The position numbers were made by a program, and so were the translations under genes. This document shows positions 53,308-64,000 of a stretch of 64,000 nt of DNA, in pieces. Under the pieces are notes generated by a model. It had not been told where the DNA came from, made no database searches, and worked only from the letters and a program-made list of their open reading frames with translations. Position 1 is the first letter of the stretch. Each line of letters starts with the position of its first letter. Source of the stretch: Octopus vulgaris (lineage: Eukaryota); contig OX597822.1 in the NCBI GenBank assembly GCA_951406725.2, positions 49,848,001 to 49,912,000 of the forward strand. Reading direction: 5' to 3'.

Positions 53308-53450
53308 GGCATAGGCGTGGCCAACCACATGGTTCCGGGTTCAGTCCCACTGTGTGACACCGGGGATATATGCTTAATATTATAGCATCGAGCCGACCAT
53401 AGCGTTGTGAGTGGATTTGGTAGACGGAAACTGACAGAAGCCTGTCGTAT
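53308..53450 (+). mobile_element. SINE family A, 5' half (another degenerate 5' half at about 52620-52760)
   Basis: CCAACCACATGGTTCCGGGTTCAGTCCCACTG..GTGAGTGGATTTGGTAGACGGAAACTG. Confidence 0.8.
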
Positions 53451-53524
<74 letters not shown>

Positions 53525-54608
53525 GGGTGAGAGAGAAAGAAAGAATAGCACATATTACGTTGCGTGCACCATCTTTTGCTTCTGTACAAAGTATTTCAGA
53601 AGTTGTGGAGTGAATTTGTGTAGCAACAATTTCTTTGAAAGCTGTAAATCTGTTTAACATGGAAACATCTATTAGCTGAAAGGATGTCTCAGTCTTTATG
53701 CTCTTAAATGATATCATTTGTTCGAATAATCATGAAAGCAACATATTTTCCATGAGTTTTATCTAGGTACTGCGTTGGGCTGAAATATATTTACTAAGCC
53801 GAATTGTTATGATTTACCTTATTTCCACATTATTGCTTTTCAAAAAATATTAATGTAATCTTGCACATGAGGTTTGATGAAATTTAGAGCATTTTTTTCT
53901 ATCATTAACAACATATTGTTTCCCGAATTCTGTATGCATGACATATATGAATGTATGAAAGTACTTTTAGGATTTATGGCTTTCCAATCATAAGTTTATA
54001 ATCAGCCTTACTTTCTACCTAGATCTTCTTTTAAAATACTGTGAATTTTGATAAGACGCATGGCTTAATGACTGATTAGAACACTAATTCGACTTCGCTG
54101 ATTTATAGTATTTGTTGACTTGATTCATTTTATGGCTCTATAACCACTCACTTCTCTATAATCCTACTGTCTGGTATATGACCTAAAATACTGTCTACTT
54201 ATACAGATTTTAAGATTTTACCATTGATGAAGTCAAATCGCTCAGAATGAAAATATTCCTATATTTAGAGATAAGACTCCAATAATATGGAGCAGGATAA
54301 AATGTCAAAGACATGTGATAGTTATGAAAAATTATTAAAATATAAATTAAAAAGAAAGAGAGAAACTGCATATAGAATGAGAAAAGTAATTGGAAGAGAA
54401 ACTGTAATTCGATCCTTTTCGATCGAATAATTACAAAGAGGAAAATGTAAAGAATGCTTGCAGGAATATTGCTTTTACATTGTAAATTGAGCTGATGCCG
54501 TAAGATTGACTTACTTTAAATGAGCGAAAGCGAACTTCAGAAAAGCGCAATACAATAAAGATATATGTATCTGAATGGTATAGGTATCTTGCCGAACACA
54601 ATACAGAA

Positions 54609-54674
<66 letters not shown>

Positions 54675-54701
54675 AATGTCTCTCTCTCCCTCTATCTATC
54701 A

Positions 54702-54768
<67 letters not shown>

Positions 54769-54966
54769 CGTCCGTCTGTCTGTCTGCCTGTCAGTCTATA
54801 TGTCTGTTTATCTATCATTCTATCTATCTATCTATCTATCTGTCCGTCTATCTATCTATCCCACCATCCGTCTGTCTGTCTGCCTGTCTGTCAGTCTATA
54901 TGTCTGTTTATCTATCTATCTATCTGTCCGTCCGTCTGTCAGTCTATATGTCTGTTTATCTATCTG

Positions 54967-55011
<45 letters not shown>

Positions 55012-55173
55012 TTATCTATCTATGTGTCTGTGTGTCTGTCAGTCTATCTGTCTGTTTATCTATCTATCTATCTGTCTGTCCCTCCGTCTGTCTCTCTGTC
55101 TACCTGTCTGTCAGTCTATAGACTGACAGACAGGTCTGTTTATCTATCTATCTGTACATACATATATGTATAC

Positions 55174-55216
<43 letters not shown>

Positions 55217-56586
55217 GCATACATACATATGTGTAAGAGGAATACATGAAAGTCGTTCAATGATTCTTTCCTGTAGGTGGATTAAAATGACGTTTTCGGT
55301 GACGGAAGCCAGCATTTGAATTTGCAGCCAGTCTACTGTTACTAACGACAGCTTTCTCCAACATATTCTTTTTTTTATATCGATTTCTTTCTTAAAAATA
55401 CTCGTAGGCGGTTTTATGTCAAATACTTTACAGTGCCTAACTACATATATTTTCATTTTAAGTGCAATACATGTTTGAGTTTATTCGTAGTTTAAATTAC
55501 CAGTAATATACAATTACAAAATAATTGGCGTCATGCTGTTATTTAATTTATTTTAGGAATGAGAGTCACCAGAATTGAAGGTCCGTGTTGGAGGCACAAA
55601 GCACGAGTAGAAATTACTTCAATATTTTATATCCATCGATAATAACATCGATCACTGCTCGAAAATTCAGTATCTTTATTAAAAATTTAGCTTGAGAGAG
55701 ATCCAGCAAGATATAGTTCTTGTTGCAATGAAATTTTAATCGTTTTCAAACCGCACTTGTGGCGTTTCCTTCCCAAAGTTATCAAAAGAACGTTGTGTGA
55801 TAAACACACACACGCGCTGCACACTCACTCACATACACACACACACATTACACAAATATATAGGCACATTTGGGTTGTCGGTGCGTAGGTGTAAAATTTA
55901 AATTCTGTGTAAATATTAAACTGTGGTAATAAAGCGTTAAATACTAACCAGTTTAGGTGAAAAGCTGACTGGAGTAATCAACAACACACTTATTATAATT
56001 TGGTTAAGTAACCCGTGTTTTCCATACGGTATGTTCCCTGTTTATACAGAAATGCATCCTGTTTTCTCTTTCTACTCTAATAAGTTGCATACACCTAGAT
56101 TGCGAATCCAAATACCGCTGCCAACTATGCAAAGAGTACTGGCATAAATTAAAGTTTCTGACTATCACTTGTTTAATATCAGTTAATGAGGTGAATAGTC
56201 TCAAAATCTCTAGATTTCCTAAGTGACACATCAGACCTTATCAAACGCATTCGAATGCGTTTGATAGCTGGACGTGATGCCCTAATAGTAGCTATAACAA
56301 TGTATGACAACACGACGAAAAAGATGACTCTTTCTATCCAACAACACAGCGTCAAATCATACAGCAGTTCTGGCACAGGGCACCATCGAAGAGTATTCCC
56401 ATATCACTGTAGGTATTATTCCTTATCCCTTTTCTCTACTCTCTTCAGTAGATTCTAGGAGACGATTATGAGTGACGTCTAGCGATGTTAAGAAGACCAT
56501 GTGGACTTGGGCAGTAATGAAAGGTAAAACATCGTATGTGTAAAATATTGTTGGCATTGGTGACACGGCAAGATAAATTAGTTGAC

Positions 56587-57016
56587 TTCATTATCATCTT
56601 CATTGTTCGACCGTGGTCGAGACAATGGGATTTACCATGCTACGCCAGACGTCTCGGTCCATCATGGCATTACGGAGGTCCTGTTGCTGGATGCCTGTAT
56701 CCCTGGAGATTACATCAGGGTAGGAGAGTGTGCGCCCTCTGGTATTGCGAGTAGATGGCTTCCAGAGGAGAAGAGTAGAAATTCCCTCTTTTTCAGCTCT
56801 ACAACAATGTCCAGCAAACTGGACTCTCCTACCTTTTACAAGAGATGACACAGGTGGTAGTTTCCCATATATTTGCATTTTGGTTGGATGGCGCTTCCAC
56901 GAGAGATTTTGAGCTCTCATAAGGAGGCGAGTGTAGGTTCCATCCAACCGCCTCTCAAGCTTCTTTGATAAAGTCCAGGTTTCTGAGCCATATAGTAGAA
57001 TTGGTTCGACTGTGGC
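56587..57016 (-). mobile_element. RTE-clade LINE, 5'-truncated 3' end with open frame and TSD
   Basis: ATVEPILLYGSETWTLSKKLERRLDGTYTRLLMRAQNLSW..H...IYG.LP.VS.....RRVQFAGHC.R...LLLW.P...MMDRDVWR; (TGA)-type tail; TSD TTAGTTGAC (56578-56586) / TTAGTCGAC (57017-57025). Confidence 0.9.
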
Positions 57017-57389
57017 TTAGTCGACATAGTGAGCCACATTCATACACAATCTTTTTTCTCTTTGATGCTGAAGGTTTTTCTCACAGAGGGCGCAGATGAT
57101 CAAGATCAGCTAAGTAGTGCTTCTGTCTTTATGGCAAAATGTTTGTTAATTACGTTGGTGCAGGCTAAAAACTCTGAAGTTTGATCTAGGACTCTATTTT
57201 GTATGTGCTTCTCTTTATAAATATGACTTTTCCACTACTATTGAGATCACTGCTTTGCTAAATATAAATATATTTAAAATCATTAATGTATGCTTGAAGT
57301 TACCTATGTAAGGTTGTGAGGAAGAATTCTTGATACACTAACAATATTTGAAGAAATAGTGGATATAGAGAGAAACCTGGTATGGCAAG

Positions 57390-57612
57390 CCTCTACACAA
57401 ATATTTCCCATGGATTAGGATGCGAAGCAGTAGGATATCGGATACACAAATATCCACAGAATTCAAAAGATATTTTCAAAACGGTTACGAATGCTGCTAA
57501 AAGCAAACTTCTATGATAATCAATATTATCTTCAAATGAAAGGGACAACAATAAGTACACTAGCTGCAAGCATGTGGCCAACACTGGTTTTAGGAGTTTT
57601 TAAAGAAAAAAA
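57390..57612 (+). mobile_element. Penelope-like RT fragment
   Basis: [19 protein letters not shown] and [29 protein letters not shown] (consensus DV.SLYTNI.H..G.EA; F....Y.Q..GTAMGT..AP.YA.L.MG..E). Confidence 0.75.
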
Positions 57613-57641
57613 ACGGGCTCGTTTTCGGATTATTTTTTATC

Positions 57642-57790
<149 letters not shown>

Positions 57791-58839
57791 CACAATATTA
57801 GCACGAGGATAAATATTTTTAAAGGAAGAATGTATGATTAAGTATCAGTTACACTTACAATTTTATCATATGTGGAAAAGCATTTCCTCAGATAATGTTA
57901 GGTGTATGAGACGAAGTAACCACAATTTCCAATTTAATGTCGAACCAGAGATCCACTCGTAAACTTTGGTGTGTTTCACTAAACCCCCCGAATACTTCCA
58001 AGCTCAGTTAACTAGGGTGATGAACTAAACCTACCATCGAAGAATACATATATTACATTTGAAGTTCCTCTGAATATTGTCAGTTGCAATTGCTCTCACA
58101 CTCCCTTCGGTGACAGGAGCCTGTGACAGCAGATATGTTCATAAGAACCACTTGATAACGAAGAGAACTCCTTATCCAGGTTGTCATGCCTACACCATTA
58201 ATGATCTATTGTCTGAAGTGAAAAACAATGTTGGATCAATTTTTTTTCAGTCTGGTATTAAGTAATCTAGCAAGTTTCTATGTATCCTATCAGTATATTC
58301 GCTAGAAATAAACCGGTGTATTTCGGCATCATAACAGAATCATATTAAATCGTTTAATCGGACTCCAACGGTCATCTTCATGCTTCTATATTTCGATTTT
58401 CTCATTATTATATTACTCAGGAAAGTTATTAGATAGTTAGAGTATTAGTAGCTCGGGTATACGTGTACTAAGAACTTGTTTGATTACAAAATCACGGAAA
58501 TTTAAATATGGTTTACGTGACTTGGGTCCTGAAGTTTTATTTTATGGAAGAACATAATAGAAACAATCCATTTCGTATTATGTAGAAAATAAAAATGTAT
58601 TCAAAACATTACCAGGCGTTATAAGTACTTAAACTAATGCTTCATATGGAAAGTTTGAAGATCGTTCCTGTTCGATGTTAAGCAGAAAAGAATATATGTT
58701 TTATTATAAGCACTTGCAAAATTGCGTTAAAATCAAGTATGAAATCTTGATCTGCTAAAGTCAAGCAAACGGCTGGTCTGCTTGAAATAACAGCCATATT
58801 CATTTCAAGAGCATTAGTCTCTCTTGTATCAAGACATCT

Positions 58840-59482
58840 TGGGTTTCTTGGAGGGTTTCACTTCATATGTCAGCGTTGCAGGTGAGAATGTAGAAGTTGT
58901 TGACCGCTTCACTTATTTCAGTAGTGAGATTAAAAGCAGCGTTAACCGTGTGTTTGGTGTCCTAAAAAGACTTGGACGAGCAGCGGGAGTTTTTGCCTCA
59001 TTGGACATGGGTGTTTGGCGCTGCCGTTATCTGTCTTAGAGGACAAAAGTCTCAGATCTTTTGATCTATGGTCCACCCTGTCCTGTTCTATAGTTTGACA
59101 CTATCCCTTAGCTGTCACATAAATCTTCTTTGGTGCCAAGGCACTTTGCAAGATTGTAGGTTGCAACTGGTTGGATTTCGTATCCAAACAACGACTCTAT
59201 TTAGAAACTGGGATGCGTTTTATCACATCATTCAGTAGAATGATCTCAGACTGTTTGGCCATGTTACTCGATATTCTGAATTAGACCCTGCTTACAACGT
59301 TTTCTTCGCTGAGATTCCAACTGAGTTTACGACTCGTGTCGATCGATCACGGCAGGTGAGGAGGTAGCTCTCGGCGATGGGGATTAAGTCGGACTCTACT
59401 CAACGGGATGCCCAGGGGATCCCAAGAATATGCCGACATATGGCAAATACGGCAACGCGCATGACCCCGCACCTTACCTGAT
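58840..59482 (+). mobile_element. Decayed RTE-clade LINE 3' fragment
   Basis: VSVAGENVEVVDRFTYFSSEI...KRLGRAAGVFASLD.GVWRCRYLS*RTKV; LRLFGHV.R. Confidence 0.8.
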
Positions 59483-62199
59483 GTATCTGTTGGGTATCAT
59501 TAGCAGAACAGAATCTGCCTGATGATATCTTCCTACCTTCCCTCCAGCAGTTATGAAATGCCTTGAAAATGTCACGAACGCCGTTCCTCCCTTCTGACTA
59601 GTCATGATAAATACGAAATAGAACATATTACGATATAGTATTAATTACGACTCCACTAAACTTACATGTACTTGAACGCTGTACAGTTATGTAAGTGTTA
59701 CTGTATAATACAAATCCTGAAATGCAAGAGAGAATTCATCTAATACAAATACTTACATTCAAATCAGTACCCCATATTACTCATATAATATTCGATGAGC
59801 AACTGTAAATATCAAATATCATATAGAAAGACTTAATATACTATGATGTATATCATTTTATCGACACTAATAATAATTTCGTATAACTATGAAGATGCGT
59901 TTGGTGTCCGCTCACATAAACAGAATATATTGGGAACTCAATCAAAATTTGCTTCAGTTCGATTACTGAATTATTTTCTCACGTTTATTGATTGCATTCA
60001 AATCTGAATGAAGTTGTATTCTGTTTTACTTATGAAAAAATCTCATTACTAAATTTCTAAATTCACTGCTTCTATTTTTCAATACTGCGTGTAGATCAAT
60101 TAATCTTAATTGTAATACTAATTGATGTAACTTCCATGTGACAGTCATGGTAAGAGAGTAATGATATAACATCGCTGTAGTGATGTAATTATGCTGATAT
60201 CACTCTTGTGACGTGGATTTTCCCAAAGTAATATCCGCATATATGGATATGACTATAAACAGTGCATGCTAATGATATGAATACACTGATCCGCTTTTAT
60301 AGATAAGATTGTCGCAGTATGACACGAGAAACGACTGTTGTAAACATTGAAATAAGATGTAAGAGTAACAGAGTGTTCATTGATATAAGTATACCGATAT
60401 CTATAACAATATAGATATAGTGGTGTGTTTATAGCCATTACTTCCATTACTTTGTTGTGTAATATCGGTAAAAAGAGGAAAGTGGTGTTATAACTGCTCT
60501 GGTACTTCGTCATTTCACCATGCAGACGTTATTATTCGGAAGTTTCAATAGCGATATTAACATAAAAATGTATCTGCAGCAAATAAACTGTACGAGTACG
60601 CCTGCCGTTGTGTGCCTTTAGCATTGTGGTTGTAGTAACCATCATTAATATGATATAATGACGGTGGTGTAACAGTTGTTTTTTAGCAATGATATAAATT
60701 CATCTGAATAATTACACTAAATAACTGCACAAAGGTTTTTTTTTAAAATTACATTTATAGGTCTAATACATAATTAGCGGTGGTGGCGGATATTAGAAAC
60801 ATAACCATGTGGGAGACATACAAATATACATGCTTACACACATACAACTATTTATGTATTTACATATATACATAAATATGTATATGGATATATATATATA
60901 TATGTGTATATATATATATAGAGAGAGAGATAGATAGATATATATGTACACACACATACACACACACACACACACTCATATATATTTATATAAAAGCTAT
61001 AAGCATTTACGTAATATATACATAAACATGACTTTTATTTGTTATATGTTTCAATCATTAGACTGCAGCGATGCTGGGACACTGCCGTCAGCCCTTACCC
61101 AGTGTACCTAGTTAAGTGGATCACCTGTGAATTAAACCTTCATATGTGGTATATATATACATATATATATAATATGGGGTGGGGTTCCTTTCCTAGTGAT
61201 CTTAAAGAATAGCCACGCTGTGTAAGTGCTATAACTAGTCATCTGTTAGACACCAAGTTCACAGCTGAATCTACAGATCTGTATTTGGCTCCGAGTTAGC
61301 TGGTATATATTATATCAGATGAAACAAGGACAACAAAACCAAGGCAGGACAAGTATCTCAAATTATTTATAATATTTAATTATGGTAGTCTTACTACTGT
61401 TTCTGAGATATCCCAAGTGATAGGCTAGCATAGCCATACATTAAGTATTCTGTCATCAGAGAAAAGGTGAGTATGTATGAAAGATCTAGACAGGGAAACT
61501 CACAGTTTATAAAGAATAAACTAGAAGACAGAAGAATAAAACAGTACATAGAAGAATACAGATAGGAGGAATAAAGTTCACAGCTCATCAGCTCATCTTC
61601 TTCCAGAGGGTATGGTGTTGGTCCGTACTTCCGTGAAAGTATAGGCCCTTAGAGTTTGGAGGAATAGAATTAAATGGTCAACTAGTATGTAATGGCCCAC
61701 GTGGGCATATAGAGTGAGAAAGAGACACATCACGACAGACAGACATGCTTTGTGAGTGAGTGAATAGAAGAGAGAGGAGAAAAAGAGAAAAGAAAGGAAT
61801 GTGTTAGGTGTGGGAAAGAATGAATGATAGCGAAAGTAAAATACAATAATAAATATGTTAGTAGAGCAGCTAAAAATAGATGTCTAGCTTAAGGGAGTAG
61901 ATATAAGATAAAAACACAATTAAGTGGATAACGGATAAGGATTAAAGAATTGAAAATTAAAAAGGTTATAGATAAAAATAATTAAATTGAAAAGATTATT
62001 GCAGCTAGCTACCTTCGGAGATACTTATATTGATAGAGAAGAAAAGAAAAAAAAAACGTACGTATATTGTAACGACCATGGATGTATATAAGAAAGTGTT
62101 ATGTGTATTGATTTTGCTTGTATTTGGACCTATGGAACAAGCTAAATGTTCGATAGGATTTATGTTTGTTTATTGAGTAATTGTGGTGAATTATGAATT

Positions 62200-62760
62200 A
62201 ATATTTGGAAGGCTTCTATTTATTTGTTGTTGCTGTGTACCGAGGATTTCAAAATTGATGAACTGAGCCTCCAAATAATTATAATATATGCTTCGTCTAT
62301 AGTCGCTACCCTCTAATTGATTCTGCGTATGAAGATGTCATGTGCTACTCTAGCTATTTCTCTTGGTCAATTTTACCTTTTTTGATAATCTGTTCAGATT
62401 TACCTACACTCTCTGCTCTACTTGTATATTATATTTAAGAGTGGGTAATCCTTTATAATGTTCCGGTTGGTTATAAAATGCACAAACGGTCTATGAAAGA
62501 GAGTTGGATGTTATCTATGAAGGAGAGTTGGATGTTATCTATGAAGGAGAGTTGGATGTTATCTATGAAGGAGAGTTGGTTGTTATTTCTTTCAATATTA
62601 TCTCATTTGTTGGTGTGGTCTGATATATTATTAAGAATGTGTATGTGTTAGTGCTTCCGTCTGGGTAAATGTGTATGTTTGGCTACATAAATGTGTATGT
62701 TTGGCTACATTTCATACAGGTAGCTGTTAAAATGGCACTCTTTCCAGATCACCTTTATTC
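62200..62760 (-). mobile_element. Possible decayed PLE RT-thumb region
   Basis: Minus strand ERNNNQLSFID resembles E.E.NN.LPFLD; otherwise decayed. Confidence 0.35.
62490..62585. repeat. 24-bp tandem repeat x4 (TCTATGAAGGAGAGTTGGATGTTA); a 22-bp duplication follows at 62666-62709
   Basis: Directly visible. Confidence 0.95.
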
Positions 62761-64000
62761 AACAGATTTTTTCCATCCTTCTAAGTTAATGCTTAGTACA
62801 TAATTCAAATAGAGCAAATAAGAGATGGTGTGGAACTAAATGTATTCGTGTTAACACATTAGCAAATAAATCTAAAGGATGAATCATCGTATGTGATAGG
62901 TACGACATGTGTTTATCTTAATTATATTGCTATAAAAGAACAGCCGAAGATGATAAATAGTCTTATCAAGGCATAAATCTGAAATCCTTATTTAATTATT
63001 ATAGATAGCGTTTAGTCCACAAAAAACTGAAAGTAACCATAAATCACTTTGCCGATAGTTAATCGCCTCTTCATTATTTCTTCTTGTTAACCCGATATTA
63101 CGTTTTTATGTTAGTTTCTTGACATTCAAAATGTACATTTGTCGTGGCAAAATAGCAGAATGAATATTTTTGCCGAGATATAACTGGATGACAGTTTTCT
63201 GCAGTTTCATGTTTGTTATTGAATAAGAGCGGGTCTGTCTACATCATTTATCATGTTTTTTTGTCTGACGTTAATATCTTTGTTAACGAAATCATAACAA
63301 CTACAGCAACCAATATTTACAACAAAAGGCAAGAAAAATAATGATAGAACCCTTTTACATTTAACCGCCTTTTAGATTTCGGGCTTGTTATGGTATAGAA
63401 AATCAAACAAAATTTTTGGGGGACTTAAAAGCTTTCTTCCATTAAGGTGATATTTTGTGGGAAACGTTTATCGTTCACTTCTATTAGCTACAGTTCTTTA
63501 GAAACGCCATGATAGGATTGTAGGATCTGCATTTCAATACTACCTCCCCATCAAAGTTAATGTAAAGCATTTCACATTGCAAATCGTATGATTTTCCGCT
63601 TGCTGTTTATAATCTTGTGACGATATATCCCTTTGAAAGTCGCAGTAAAAAAAGATTGATATTATTGCCAGGAATCCAACAGAACTTCAAAGACTATTGT
63701 TCACCATGTTATTCTCTGTCGGAATTTCTCTTTTTTCTTTTAAATTCAAGATCAACATTTTCATCGTAATTCCATCTTCGTTACAGCTGGATGACATTAT
63801 TACTTCCCTGTTTTATTAATAGATTCTATACATCCATTGTGTACACAATTTGATACAGATCATGTGTATTTGATATTCAAAGAGAAAATTATAACAATTA
63901 AATACTGATGAAAGCTTAATTGTGTGGTCAATATTTTTCTGTATAAATTATATTTATAACTTACATTATCCCAAATACACAGGAAAACACAAAATTTAAT

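Noticed and set aside
55270-55640. Acceptor-like sites as downstream exons
   Set aside because: Frames hit stops quickly or give unrecognisable peptides without good donors.
62490-62585. CRISPR-like array
   Set aside because: Contiguous 24-bp units without spacers, eukaryotic context, no cas genes.

Overview
AT-rich, microsatellite-saturated eukaryotic DNA. The SINE families, simple repeats and retroelement set point to an octopus (cephalopod) intronic or intergenic region; this is an inference. I found no intact host protein-coding gene, and almost all listed ORFs are microsatellite translation artefacts. The window holds decayed transposons: L1/Tx1, R4/Dong-like RLE, CR1-like and RTE LINEs, several Penelope-like element (PLE) fragments, Tc1, Tigger/pogo, a possible piggyBac, a Helitron, three tRNA-derived SINE families, and a TIR element with a 6-bp TSD and internal telomeric repeats. 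Two signals stand out. First, about ten type I hammerhead-ribozyme motifs from several families are present; the best is a complete Schistosoma-like fold at 36105-36241 with a compensatory U3-A8 core, inside a ~340-bp retrozyme-sized cassette. Second, a 28S rRNA retrocopy ending near the protostome hidden break is fused head-to-head with a SINE inside another SINE (9078-10006). Most element boundaries are read by eye and approximate.
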